Positions 1 through 12,921 of a DNA stretch of 64,000 nt are shown here, in pieces. The position numbers were made by a program, and so were the translations under genes. This stretch comes from Octopus sinensis (lineage: Eukaryota). The first letter of the stretch is position 1, and each line of letters opens with the position of its first letter. Below the pieces are notes generated by a model. The model ran no database searches. It had not been told where the DNA came from and worked only from the letters and a program-made list of their open reading frames with translations. The DNA lies in assembly GCF_006345805.1 (NCBI RefSeq), contig NC_042997.1, positions 38,874,001-38,938,000 on the forward strand. The letters are read 5' to 3'.

Positions 1-3000
1 TCTAGAGTGTGCCTATACCATCTATTTTCTGTTGTCATTCCATAGTGTTACCATAGCTTCCAATGTATGTTGCTCCCAACTCTGTCATGTCTATAAATAT
101 GTTCCTTCTTAGCCAGGACTGGGCAGCCAGTGACAATATTGTTTATTGTTTCTTCTCCATCACCACATATTCTACAGTTACTTGTAGTTGTTTTTTTTTT
201 CCATTATGTGTTTTTGGAGATCTCTGGTGGGGATACTTTGATCTTAAAAATCCAGAATCTGCCTTGGGTCCTGAACTTCTCAGCCACTGTTGGGATTTTA
301 TTTTGCCTATTTCTTTTCTGTTTTCCCAATATTTAGTGCGTAAGGGCTTTCCTTACCATCGTTTTATCTTGATACTTTGTTGTTCTAGTTTTAGTCTGCA
401 TTTCAGCTTTTTTTGTAGCTTTTGTTATTTCTTTTTTTCTCTTCGTAGTTGTCAGGTATCATGACTTCTTTCTTGTATTTTTCAGCTTACTAAAAGACAA
501 AAAAACAGTTTCCTTCGTTTTTCTCGTGTTTTGAGGCTATTTGTACATGTTTTCGTTGCTTCTGAATTAAGTATTTCTGTAATCCTATGATGGATATTTT
601 ATAATAATTTTCTATCTGTAAAAGGCCTCTACCACCTTCAATTCGTTGTATATAAAACCTTTCTATGTCAGATCTTGAGTGGTGCATCCTACATTTTGTC
701 ATTATTTTGCTTGCTTTCCTGTTTAATTTGGTTAGTTCATTTAGAGTCCAATTAAGGATAGTGTAGCTACAACTTATAACTGGGACGGCTAGAGTGTTGA
801 TACCTATTATCTTGTTTTCGCATTGAGCTCTGTTATAAGTATTAATCTAACTCGCCTATAATATTACTTCATTATCTTCTCTTTCACTTGTGTGTGTTGT
901 ATCGTATCTAACTCATTGATTCCTAAATATCTGTATGTCTGGCTTTGATCTAACTCTCTTATTTGATTCGCTTTATCTAATGTGATATTGTTACTCTTAA
1001 CTAGTTTTCCCCTTTTCAAAGTTGCTTTAGCACCTTTTTCCAAGCCAAATTTTTATTTCTTTGGTATATCCATGCTCTGTCTATAGTAACGTTTCCAGCT
1101 GTTTGCAGCATACAGATTTAGATCATCCCTATACAAGAGATGGTTAATTTTTTTTAGCGTAGCAGTTGTATCCACATCCAGTTCTGTTTAGCATGTCAAA
1201 TAAAGGTGTCAAGAGAGCGTGTTTCCCTGGAATATCACTCTTCTAATGGCTTTAGTTTTTTATGAATCCCTCTTGTCTGGAGCTGTAACGCTGTTTGCCA
1301 TTTATTCATAAAATGTTTTTTTTTTAATATTTGCCATTTATTCATAAAATGCTTTTTTTAATATTTTATGATTATTGGTGTTACCTTGTTTATGGCTAGT
1401 GCTACCAGAATCCATATGTGTGGAGAATACTGTCAAAAGTCCTTTGATAATTGATCCAAGCCATGCTTAGTCCCTTCTTTTTCTTTCGGCTGTCTTCAGT
1501 TATGCATCAATAAATGATCTTTACAGCCATATGAGGCCTTGGAGCACCCCTTCTGCTCTTCTGGAAACAGGTTGTTTTCTTCCAGATGTTTACCCATTCT
1601 CTTCGATATTATTGAAATGAAGGCTTTGTAAATTGTTGGAAGACAAATTATCGGTCTGTAGTTTTGTGGGTTTGCCGTTTCAGTGGATTTAGGAATTAGG
1701 ATAGTTTTCCCTTCTGTGAGCCATTCGGGCGTTGTCTCTGACTCTACTAGTATCTCGTTGCATTTCAAGGCCATCCTTTTATGTACGCGTGTTTGATATT
1801 TTAACCAGAAATTGGGGATCTTGTCATACCCGGGTGCCTTCCAGTTGCTTAGTTTTTTCAGTGCCTGGGTGACTCCTTCCGCTGTTATAGAAGTCCAGAG
1901 TTGTTCAGGTGCTGTGTTTGTTATGTTTATAGATCTTTTCTGAGGTTGTTCCTTCGCTGCCCATATCTCTTTCCAGAATTCTTCCACTTCTTCTGCTGTT
2001 GGTGCTGCATTGATCTCTATTTTATTTTTGCCAAATTCTTGAAAGAATCTTTTTGGATTGGTGTTGAACTGTTTGCTTTGTTCAAAGAATCGTTGGCGTT
2101 TCTCATACCGGTGGATTCTTTATGCTTTGGAAAGGATATCTTGCTTTAGCTGTTCTTTTACCTCTGGTATACCTTGTACTGTAATTCTGTATTTCCATAG
2201 TATTTTTCTTCTCTTCTTGTTGCTTAGTAGTGCTGTTTGCCTACTAATTTCGCTAAGGGTTGACAGATCCTTACTTTTATTTTCTATATTTTTCTCGATA
2301 CTATTTTTCCTCAGAGTTTGTTTAGATTGTGATACTCCTGTTTGGATGGGTTTGAGGGTGTATCTAGCTTCTGTTTTTAGCCACAGAAACTGTTCAATAT
2401 ATTATATCATTTAACCCGGTCATATTGACATTTGTTTCTGCTGCTATTAGTTCCGACGTCCAGGTTTATGTTATTTATTATTGATGCTGTCTTATCAACT
2501 TTAATTTTTGGGAGGTGCAATCGGTGGTCCATACTGAGATCTGTGGCTTTTAATTATTTGATTATACTCATTTTTAGAGCGTTTCTAGTTATTCCAGGTT
2601 TGTTCTGCATTCCTTCCCGTTTATATTTTTGTCTTCGATGTTCTGGTTTGGTGCATTTTGCTCATGATCAGGCATGCCTACGCTTTGAATTTGTTGTCTT
2701 TCGCTGCTTACTTCGTTTTTGTTGCACAGTTACACCTGTCTACGTATTTTACAGTCCTAGTGCTTATGACATTATTTGGCATTGTTCTGTGGTCACTATC
2801 TACGTTTTCCTGGTGTATTTTACCTTTAATGTTCTATAACAATTTCTGATTTTATTTTTAGAATATATCTCCTTATGTTGGCTAGTTTGTTAGAGTTCAT
2901 CGATATATCCAAATCTAGGTTATTTTCCTTCACAGTTTTACATGTATACACTGTTGTTTTCGTTCTGTGGGTAGAGCACTGATGTGGAATAAGGGTGTAG

Positions 3001-3240
3001 GATAGAAAAATATTTTCTCGTGTCCATTTATGCTTTTTTGATTTTATTTTCGGGACGTGAAGAATAACGTCCGGCCATTATTTTGATGGTCATCACTTTC
3101 GTAGAGTACCGGTCCGTTCATTTCTGGTTTTAAATAGTTTTGCACGTGTAATTTTTCGTACATTTTTTGTGTAATAATTTTAAAATACGCATTTCCTGTT
3201 TGTTATCCTTCGGTTGAATAATACGGGTATTATGTATTTT
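1..3240 (-). mobile_element. Decayed R4/Dong-clade non-LTR retrotransposon (near full length; 3' end runs off the window)
   Basis: Minus-strand translation gives an N-terminal KHKWTRE motif near 3020. RT motifs NWKAPGYDKIPNFWLK, GKTILIPK, NYRPIICLPTIYK, EEQKGC and GCKDHLL fall in 1496-1987, and SDIERFYIQRIEGGRGL in 490-702. The zinc knuckle CRICGDGEETINNIVTGC and RHD lie at ~60-190. Many stops and frameshifts; 5' boundary approximate. Confidence 0.9.
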
Positions 3241-3529
3241 CGTTTTTCAGTCTGTGTGTGTGTGTGTGCGCGCGCGTGATGGTTGGGGACGGAGACAGTT
3301 TGTTGTTGAGTTGAGCTGTAATGTTTTGAGCGAGTTTACACGTGTTGTGCAAGTTACAATCATTTCATTTGGAAAATAGAGATAAATTTTAATGAGTATT
3401 ACTTACTCCAACACTTTGTCAGATATTTTAGGTTCCGTTTGTTATTTTATTCCCGATATTTTGGGGATAGATTTTGGAGCAGTGTTTTAGCGCTCTCACG
3501 TGTTAAACGTCCCCGGTGTCTTCTTTATT

Positions 3530-4186
3530 TTTATTATTATTATTATTATATGTTTGACTTTTACTTTATATTTGTACAAGTTGGCTCCAAGTCTCACTCA
3601 GAGACCTCAAGAGACAACAGGTTGGAAGTTCGTGATGTTGTTATGCCTAGTGTGCCATATATTTGGTTTTGTATTTAGTGTTGTACTAGTGAATGTCTAA
3701 AAAAAAAACGAAAGTTACGTTTGTTTTAAAACTTGAGATTACATAGAAAGTATTTTGCGTAGGATATGAGCAGTTCCCATGAGCACTATCTTTTGAATTT
3801 CTGCCATTTTGGGGTTTCCTGGCATCTGAGTTAGGTAGCGATCAGCCCCTTTTGCTATCATTCCCTATGACAACAGGTATTGTTTTAGTCTTTAGGCTCC
3901 ACATTTTGCTGATTTCTATTTCAAGATCTTTATATTTGCACAGTTTTTGGTAGGTAGGCATTGATCTTGAGCTGCTATGATAAACCCTTCTGTTTCAGAT
4001 TTTAAGCCAGAGGCCATTAGCCATTGATGGGTCAGGGCTTTGTCAACATCTGCATTATTCGCTCTCTTTGAGTATTTGCCATAGAGAGGTTTTTCTTGAC
4101 ATTTATCATTCAGAATATCTAAGGCAGCAGTTTTAGCACGGGTTTTCATGCGTTTAGCTTTTTCTGTGCTTGTTTCTTGTATGTCT
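3530..4186 (-). mobile_element. 5'-truncated, internally deleted R4/Dong fragment with 3' UTR and (TAA)n tail
   Basis: HQWLMASGLKSETEGFIIAAQDQCLPTKN is joined directly to KYKDLEIEISKMW...IQKIVLMGTAHILRKILSM*. A ~180-bp 3' UTR follows and ends in (TAA)n at ~3530-3550; another (TAA/TGA)n run lies at 4186-4291. Confidence 0.88.
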
Positions 4187-4208
4187 ATTATTATTATTGT
4201 TATTATTA

Positions 4209-4245
<37 letters not shown>

Positions 4246-4351
4246 TATTATTATTATCATCATCATCATCATCATCATTATTATTATTATTAAGGCGGTG
4301 AGCTGACAGAATTGACTTTGAACTCAGACTGCAAAAACAAACAAAATGCAA

Positions 4352-5430
4352 GTTTCAATTCCAATTTCTTTTAATCTTTTAGGTAGCATCTTGAGTGAAT
4401 AATTCTTGTCTTGGTTTTTTTCACAATTTCCTCAGTTCTCTGATTAGATCCTGATATTTTTCAATTTGTTTTTCAACTTCTTTGGTATCGACTCTACTCT
4501 CATAAAGAATTGCAAAATCTATGATCTTACACTATTTATTTAGTCCTCCATAATCACGTCTGACATTCTTGCCTCAATAGTATGGTCAGTTTTTTATGGC
4601 GAAGTCTCACAAGATCTTGTAATTCTCGTTTTATATCACAGCCTCTGGTTTGTGTTCGTACTATTTTTCTGTTGTTTTGGCTATACACCCGGCTAACATC
4701 CCCATGCATGTTTTTGCCTCCACAGTCATATCTGCACCTATATTCCTTTTGTGTTAGTATATGGCACTCACTCAAAACGTGATTGATACTCTTGTCTCTT
4801 TTTCTGCAGATTCTACATTCGCTGTCTTACTGAGCTTTGTCGATCTTTGCCATTATCAGATTTGTTCTACGGGCTTGTTCCTGGGAAGTTATAATTAGCG
4901 TTTCTGTTTCTCGTTTCAAGTTCCCATCCTATTTCTTTACTGCCCACAACGGGCTAAACACAGAGGGGACAGACAAGGACAGACAAACGGATTAAGTCGA
5001 TTATATCGACCCCAAAAGGATGAAAGGTAAAGTCGACCTCGGCTGAATTTGAACTCAAAACGTAACGGCAGACGAAATACAGCTACGCATTTCGCCCGGC
5101 GTGCTAACGATTCTGCCAACTCGCCTTCAAGTTCTTGTCCGTCAACCACCGCCAGCGATCTTAACTTCCAATATTCTCGATTTGTCGCATGAATTGGCTT
5201 TGCAGCTCCATTTCGTACTATTTGTTCATTCTGTTTGCCTTCTTTTTCTCTTTGTATTCTCTGACTGTTTCAGTCAATTTTTGGGTATCTCTCGCTCCAG
5301 AAAGTATCCTTTCTTTACTCTACACAGCATAATTTTTCAGACCAAGTCTCGCAGTACCAGCAGTGATTCGCGCGTTTATTAATTCTCTACCACGTTCCCT
5401 TCTTGGTAGATAGAGTTGGTCGGTATTTCT
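4352..5430 (-). mobile_element. Third R4/Dong fragment (C-terminal knuckle and restriction-like endonuclease), interrupted by a SINE
   Basis: QLYLPRRERGR...RWRWLT | NLKRETETLII...CRICRKRDKSINHVLSECHILTQKEY...IIDFAI..ESRVD.KEVEK. A SINE at 4929-5125 is flanked by the 9-bp duplication TTCAAGTTC. Confidence 0.85.
4929..5125 (-). mobile_element. SINE family B (tRNA-like head, TTTCATCCTTTCGGGGTCGAT core)
   Basis: Matches the other B copies in the window; 9-bp target duplication. Confidence 0.85.
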
Positions 5431-5442
5431 TTTAGGAAATAA

Positions 5443-5654
5443 AGGCGGCGAGCTGGCAGAAACGTTAGCACACTGGGCGAAATGTGTAGCCGTTATTTCG
5501 TCTGTCTTTACGTTCTGAGTTCAAATTTCGCCCACGTCAACTTTGCCTTTCATTCTTTCGGGATCGATAAATTAAGTACCAGTTGCATTCTGGGGTCGAT
5601 CTAATCGACTAGACCCCTCCCTAAAAATTTCGGGCTTTGTGCCTAGAGTAGAAA
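5443..5654 (+). mobile_element. SINE family B, alternative tail ending GTGCCTAGAGTAGAAA(ATT)n
   Basis: Head GGCGGCGAGCTGGCAGAA and B core; the 3' tail differs from the 14308 and 31323 copies. Confidence 0.8.
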
Positions 5655-5682
5655 TTATTATTATTGTTGTTGTTGTTGTTAA

Positions 5683-5838
5683 GGCGGTGAGCTGGCAGAA
5701 TCGTTAGCACACCGGGAGAAATGCTTAGTGGTATTTCGTTCGTTTTCACGTTCTGACTTCAAATTCCGCCGAGGTTGACTTTGCCTTTTATCCTTTCGGA
5801 GTCGATAAAATTATTACCTTATACCTACAGTAGAAAGG
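5683..5838 (+). mobile_element. SINE family B, internally deleted
   Basis: B head and core, then AGTAGAAAGG(ATT)n. Confidence 0.75.
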
Positions 5839-5886
<48 letters not shown>

Positions 5887-6441
5887 GAGTGAGCGAGCAC
5901 AGCATGCCATCAAAGTGACACTGGGGTAAAATATACGAAGCCCAATATACCCATCATGACTACCCGTCTGATAAGGGTACACCGGGCACATGCATCACAA
6001 ACATATGTGCGCGACATGGTGATCCCATATCAAGATAAACAACACATGACCTTGCAGGTGGGCCCAGTTAGAATTTTCTTCAGGTTGAGTAGCCCATCCC
6101 GCTCAAAAGGTCCCTGAATAAGGGTTGTTTAAGGATGTTGAAAGAACCACCCATGTTTCCAGAGGTGAATTATTCAAACCCCAAAGAATCCCTCTCAACA
6201 CATGGATATGATGCTCCCCCACTACTTCTGCTCGTGATCAGAGATGCACATATCGTCAGCCACTAAGGGACATGCTCAACTGGTTAAGGTCAAACAACTG
6301 ACAAGCAAATCTGTGGTATTGAGCAGAATATTTGCTGTAGCCCATCTTTTATACAAAGACAAAACAATGTACATGATAACACTTCCAATCAGTTAAGATC
6401 AGAAGCCATGAGAGCCACTGCCTGGTACTGCTTCAGAGCAT
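5887..6441 (-). mobile_element. Unclassified ~555-bp non-coding element embedded in (TAA)n
   Basis: A complex, GC-richer block with sharp ends and pure (ATT)n on both sides (5840-5886, 6442-6500); no ORF. Strand and mobile-element status are inferred. Confidence 0.5.
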
Positions 6442-6455
6442 AATTATTATTATTA

Positions 6456-6492
<37 letters not shown>

Positions 6493-7318
6493 CATTATCA
6501 TTTTTATTGTCATCATCGTCGTTGTTGTAGTCACCATCACTACTGTGATCTTTACAGTACTTTAACCAAGAACTGGGGAATCGATCATTTCATAACGGTT
6601 GCCAGCGGCTAGAATTCTTAATTGGTGTTTATAAATCCTTTACTTTCCTAGATATGTTGAGTTATGCTTGAGGCGTTAAGGCATTCTGCATCATTAAGTC
6701 ACATGTTTATTGTGTATCCTTATTTTGTATCTTAAGCATAATGTTACATCTTATTCGATATATATCTTCTAATATGCTTGAAATCATATCTGTGCTGCGT
6801 AAAATGCTTCATAACATGTTATATATGTATTATTTAATGATGTCCCAGAAGAAATGTTCACGATTGTTTCAAATAGATACTGTTCATTAAAAAAGTGCAC
6901 ACGTATTTCAAAATCTCTTATCGGAATGCATTTGAAAGGATCCTTTGTAGTAATCTATATTTCATGTCCATATTCACTTCCTCTTTCATCATTAATATTG
7001 GAGTCGTTTGTTTTTCTTATTCATATTCTATGCTGCCTATCTATTTTGCTGTGCAAAAGATAGATTTTACTTCTTTTCCTCGTTTCTGCATAATATATTA
7101 TCTTTCCACCGATTTCCATAGATCTGCATGTAACTTATTCTAGTGACTATGTTCACTCCTTGAATTTAGATAAGGCACACTGTATCAATGTGTTTCATAA
7201 AAAGGGAGCTAAAGAGGTTGATGACAGGAAAGCCATCCCGTCAAAAAACAGTGCCTCAGAATTGTAGAAAACTGTTTTAAGAGGGGAAATGGTTTTGAAA
7301 TATAATATGCATATATAA

Positions 7319-7728
7319 GGCGCAGGAGTGGCTGTGTGGAAAGTAGCTTGCTAACCAACCACATGGTTCCGGGTTCAGTCCCACTGCGTGGCACTTGGGC
7401 AAGGGTCTTCTGCTATAGCCCCGGGCCGACCAATGCCTTGTGAGTGGATTTGGTAGACGGAAACTGAAAGAAGCCTGTCGTATATATGTATATATATATA
7501 AGTGTGTGTGTATATGTTTGTGTGTGTGTGTTTGTCCCCCTAGCATTGCTTGACAACCGATGCTGGTGTGTTTACGTCCCCGTACATTAGCGGTTCGGCA
7601 AAAAGAGACCGATAGAATAAGTACTGGGCTTACAAAGAATAAGTCCCGGGGTCGATTTGCTCGACTAAAGGCGGTGCTCCAGCATGGCCGCAGTCAAAAT
7701 GACTGAAACAAGTAAAAGAGTAAAAGAG
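7319..7728 (+). mobile_element. SINE family A (tRNA-like head, CCTTGGGCAAGT CORE-like motif, internal TA/TG linker, CR1-like tail)
   Basis: Full copy from GGCGCAGGAGTGGCTGTGTGG to GTAAAAGAGTAAAAGAG; more than ten near-identical copies in the window. Confidence 0.92.
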
Positions 7729-7744
7729 TATAGATGTGTATGCA

Positions 7745-8060
7745 GCGTGCACAGTGTCTTCTACTATAGGCTCAGATCGAACAAAGCCTTATCAGTGGAT
7801 TTGATGAACGGAAACTGAGAGAAGCCCGTCGTATATGTGTGTGTCTTTTCGTCTGTGCTTGTCCCCCATCACCGCTTGACAACTGATGCTAGTATGTTTA
7901 TGTCCCTGTAACTTAGAAGTTCGAGAAAAGAGATCCGATAGAATAATATCAGGCTTTAAAAAAAAAGGACTGGGGTCGATTCATTCTACTAAACAATTCA
8001 CCAAAGTGCTGCCCCAGCATGGCCGCAGTCTAATAACTGAAACAAGTAAAAGTTAAAAGA
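7745..8060 (+). mobile_element. Older, diverged SINE A-related copy
   Basis: Similar body and CCCCAGCATGGCCGCAGTC...GAAACAAGTAAAAG tail. Confidence 0.7.
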
Positions 8061-8379
8061 TATATAGATATAATGATACAAGAATGGTTGCGGAACCCTA
8101 ATGGCCCATGAGATCAACGCTGGGGCCCTCATCGCGAATTCTCTCGCCTCTCAGTTTTTGTATTTCAGTTCAACCGCTTTCATTTTCCAAGGATTCTGTC
8201 TCTTTCTGTGACCACCCACGTGTTGGACCAAGCAGACAGCTTTTCATCAGAACACTAAATATTGTCTGCTCCAGAGTTGTTGCTGAGGACAAGAAATTTC
8301 TGATATAGAATTACTTGTTTTATGCATTGTATGTCAATGTAGAATTACAAGAAAACTGATAAAGTTGGTTGGCATCCTT

Positions 8380-8727
8380 TCTGTCTCGGGAGACAATGGA
8401 GTTGCGCATGAAGTAGTCTAGTCCGGCTTTTATATTTCATGTCCTGATACATTTCCTGCTGTGGCTGTGTAGTCCTATCCTGGACAAACACTCCCTCTGG
8501 CAGGTACCGCAAATGTAGCGAAGACTGTTCCTGGCTGGTTGTAGTGCCATAGTCTCTTGTTTACGTTTCTTCCTTTCTTTTCATTTCTCATCTCTCTCTC
8601 TCTGTCACTCCTTTGTATTCCCTCTTTTTACGGTACGTCGCCATTCTCCACGGTTGCCGGCAACTGCTTCCCAACCGCTAATATTGATGTTGCAGGCCTT
8701 CATGTCCCTTTTGCAAACATCCTTGAA
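8380..8727 (-). mobile_element. RTE-clade LINE 3' fragment
   Basis: DVCKRDMKACNINISGWEAVAGNRGEWRRTVKRG...YICGTCQRECLSRIGLHSHSRKC, plus a short 3' UTR ending GGATGCCAACCAAC. Confidence 0.85.
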
Positions 8728-8898
8728 AACTGATAAAGTAAAACTGATAAAGTAAAACATAAACATAGTAAGTCACAAACAAAGCTTCACACATCATGAA
8801 ACCTGAAAAAATTACACCTTAGATATATACATGAATTACAGTAAAATACATCCAAATATATTTACATACGAAGAGCATGACATAACGCTATTATGTCT

Positions 8899-9311
8899 CT
8901 CTTTACTATTTACTATTTCACTTGTTTCAGTCATTTGACTGCGGCCATGCTGGAGCACCGCCTTTAATCGAGCAACTCGACCCCGGGACTTATTCTTTTG
9001 TAAGCCCAGTACTTATTCTATCGGTCTCTTTTTGCCGAACCGCTAATTGACGGGGACGTAAACACACCAGCATCGGTTGTCAAGCAATGCTAGGGGGACA
9101 AACACAGCCACACAAACATACACACACATATATATATATACATATATACGACGGGCTTCTTTCAGTTTCCGTCTACCAAATCCACTCACAAGGCTTTGGT
9201 CGCCCCGAGACTATAGTAGAAGACACTTGCTCTAGGTGCCACGCAGTGGGACTGAACCCGGAACCATGTGGTTGGTAAACAAGCTGCTTACCACACAGCC
9301 ACTCCTGCGCC
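8899..9311 (-). mobile_element. SINE family A
   Basis: Full reverse-complement copy. Confidence 0.92.
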
Positions 9312-9609
9312 TATGTCATTTAATTTTAACAAAATTATGAAAGTCAACGCGTCATATAATGATGGCTTCGATCACATGAGGAAAAGAAGGTTTGAAAACC
9401 AGTCTTGAACAGTTACAGAGCTTTCATGTTTCTAAATTTCATAGCAACATAATTGGTATTCCTTCTGACAGCTATATATTATGAAAAAGAAGGTTGAGAA
9501 ATTCTGTTGGATAGTTAGCTCAACGTTAACGTCAACTATACCGTGAACAGACTATCACAATTAGTGCCTGTTGAAAGATGCTACCATCAATATTATATTC
9601 ACAAATCGT

Positions 9610-9992
9610 GGAGGCGCAATGGCCTAGTGGTTAGGGCAGCAGACTCGCGGTCATAGGATCGCGGTTTCGATTCCCAGACCGGGCGTTGTGAGTGTTTATT
9701 GAGCGAAAACACCTAAAGCTCCACGAGGCTCCGGCAGGGGATGGTGGTGATCCCTGCTGTACTCTTTCACCACAACTTTCTCTCACTCTTACTTCCTGTT
9801 TCTGTTGTACCTGTATTTCAAAGGGCCGGCCTTGTCACTCTCTGTGTCACGCTGAATATCCCCGAGAACTACGTTAAGGGTACACGTGTCTGTGGAGTGC
9901 TCAGCCACTTACACGTTAATTTCACGAGCAGGCTGTTCCGTTGATTCGGATCAACCGGGACCCTCGTCGTCGTAACCGACGGAGTGCTTCCA
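9610..9992 (+). mobile_element. SINE family C (tRNA-Arg-like head GGAGGCGCAATGGCC...GGTTTCGATTCCC)
   Basis: A/B-box-like head; near-identical to 43522 and 61566. Confidence 0.92.
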
Positions 9993-12124
9993 AAACAAAA
10001 TTCACAAATCAACCCGATAGCTTCTATAATTCTGTGAAAGTTCAGGCTAAACACTCAGTAGCGTTTCTTGAGATATGTTAATTATTGTACCACGATTCCT
10101 TGGTATCTGAACATCACTCCTCTCACAGTCAACTGGTAGCTGACCGTTGCGCGAAATGAAATGAAATTTAACAAACTGAGCTACTGAGACATCTCTATTA
10201 TGTGCACCTATCATGTTGATAGAGAGATTAATTTTTTTTGTCTACAAATATAGTTTTCTTTGAAGCATATTATCAACTTATCGACAAGTTGACCCTTTGG
10301 GACAACTGCCAGTTTTTCCCAAATCACCAAAAATAAGAGTGCGACTCCATCTATGTCGTTAGTGTTACCTTCTGAGATCCTGTAATTAACGATCGACAGC
10401 CACAAATACAAATCTGTGAAACGTGCATTATCTCATACCTTCATCTTTTGCTGCTTTCAGAAACTCTGACACTTGATTCTTTGCCAATATTGCATACTGA
10501 CTGCTATTACAGCAAGGTTGAGTAGAGGATCAGAAGTAGAATGAGCAGTTATGCCACCTATGAACAAAACTGCAGTCATTCTATATGAAATCACTTGAGT
10601 GAGTGACTTTGTTGCCATAATTAGGTGGATCAAAAACAGTTTTGCTTGTTCCAAAAAAAAAGCATCAAGGAAAACTGTTTATCCTGAGCCAGATTTCACT
10701 AATCGCTTGATCCTTGTATCCTCCTCAACCTGAGATCCTCTTCAACCATGGAATGACTTCACCTATGTTTGGTAAAAGGGAAATTCTGGTTATGAATTCT
10801 TCAACTATGTTGTGCTTGATATATTCTGTCTTTTGTTATGTTCTTGTGATTATATCAAAGTGGAGGAGGATTGAAGGATAAAGGCACAAAGACAATTATA
10901 GCAAAGCGACTACTAATTTTGCTTGGAGAATGCGAAACATCATTTTCCAGTTTACTATTCCAATCTGTATGTTCTTCTAAGAGGCGCCTTCTCTGGTGAT
11001 TTTTACTTTTTACTGCACTCACATGCCAAGCAATTGTTTTAAGGGTCTAAAATGAGGCTGAATCACATATATATTGTGCAGGAACTCGCTGAGATTCAAA
11101 AAGGCTTTTTCAAATTCCCCATTTCAAATTATGTAAACATGTATAACATTTCCAGAAAAAGCTAGTACACGAGTTCAAATAACACTAATGTAGAAAAATA
11201 CTTCTTTCATTTTTTTTTTCATATTTAAAAGCGTATATTATATCGTATTTACCTAAATATGTCTACCAGTACCTAGTGCTGTAACGAGAGATGAATATAA
11301 TTCACATAAAATATATGGACAGTATATAAAATTTCTTCATTTAAAAATCAAATCTTCGAAAAGTTAATATGCAATTTCAAATACTATGAAAGATATTTTT
11401 AAAAACCACTTATCGTTTTCATTGTTGTAGTTTTAAATAAATATATTTGTCTGAAATATTCAACTATACTCCATTACAAGTTTCAGTCTCTCCTCATTGT
11501 GTCTGTTTTCTTCTGTTGTGATGTTCGACATTATTCTGCTTTTCAACATTAATGAAGCCGAAAGTATATTTTCATTGTGAGTAGATTGTTTCCATCAATA
11601 ATTGTGAATTTTATCAAGAATTTTAGCCCTTTATTCCAGATATATAGGCAGACCACTTTCTATTAACACTTGCTGTTTTAACTTTTTGGTATTTTTCTGT
11701 ATCTATTTCTATTGTCTTGTAGTGCTTCGGTTTTCTGTGTACAGTTACTTCTGTCGTATTATATGCATTGTGTCTTAAGGGCTCATTCAACATCAGTGTG
11801 ATCGTTACTCCTGTGTTGTTTACATTGAGTTGAGCGTGGTCAACGGGTTCTGTCATGAATGAGTTTTACTGAGCTTTTATTCCGTTGGTTTCCGGAAACA
11901 TTTTCTATTATATGATAGGCTCTCTTTTCTTTATTTTCAGGGGAGATTATTTGTAATAGTTGTCCTGTTTCTGCTTCTGAGATTTTTTATCGTTTACAAT
12001 GAGTTTACGTGTATGCTCTCATGTATCTAATTTCAGTTTTTATGTTAAATCGCTTTTTCCTCTTCTTTTCTATGCCTTGAATACCTACTTTACGGTTCTT
12101 TTTGTCTGGTTTTGAGACAGCATT

Positions 12125-12560
12125 CACCCGGGGTGAATTGAGCTGGCTTCATTCATCTCTCACAAACGCTGACCAGGCCTGACGATTTGAGGCTAACAAC
12201 CGCGTGATCTCCAACCACTCCATATTCTAGCGGCGAACGCCGTAGACATGGGGGCCTAGGTTGGGTTCCACATCAGCCTTGACTGTCATCAGCCAGGTTT
12301 TCCGGTGTCTTGGGAATAGGAAGTTCTCTAGAGGTCCCCAGCCGCAAGTATATCCCTGTTGGGAGAACGTCTTATTTGCCGTAGATTTTCCCCAGACGCT
12401 GGGACAGGACGGATTGAAGCCGCCGGTTGCCGGATCAGACGCTTCTGTTCACCAGAGTCCCGTTGGGCGGGTGCGGCCCTGATACCGCTGGGTGTCAGAA
12501 CAATCTGCCTTGGGTGGCCCTACCAGAAACCGAAGTCTCCGACGGCATAGCTCTGACACT
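12125..12560 (-). mobile_element. RTE-clade LINE 3' fragment (second lineage)
   Basis: RKTWLMTVKADVEPNLGPHVYGVRR*NMEWLEITRLLASNRQAWSAFVRD; upstream frames are broken. Confidence 0.7.
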
Positions 12561-12729
12561 CCCGTTTCACCCCCTTACCACGATGAGGAGGGGTTGGACT
12601 TTAGGGGGTGTGGTGGACTTTACGGTTCTAGCGTGTCTGCATAGTATTGTTATTAGACTCATCTCTCTTTCTACGTATCTGTTAGTTTTTCTACACAGCG
12701 GTGTCAGCAGAGAACATTGGTTCTGTACT

Positions 12730-12885
12730 TGGCGTAGCTGAGTGGTAAGAAGTTTGCTTCTTAACCACATGGTTCAGGGTTCAATCCCACTGTGTGACGC
12801 TTTCGGAAAATGTCTTCTACCATAGCTCAGGCCGACAAAAGCCTTGTGAGTGGATTTGGTAGATGGAAGCTGAAAGAAGCCTACC

Positions 12886-12920
<35 letters not shown>
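12730..12920 (+). mobile_element. Diverged SINE A, 5' half
   Basis: Head and body up to the TG linker only. Confidence 0.75.

Positions 12921-12921
<1 letters not shown>

Noticed and set aside
9610-9690. tRNA genes at SINE heads (also 32394, 43522, 46654, 58270, 61566)
   Set aside because: They have A/B-box-like heads but no complete cloverleaf, and they continue into repeat bodies with TSDs.
10090-11130. Coding-like unique sequence with a vague zinc-finger resemblance
   Set aside because: Stops in all frames and no recognisable motif.
11500-12110. Possible LINE ORF1 remnant (ORF 11623-11856)
   Set aside because: No diagnostic residues that I can recognise.
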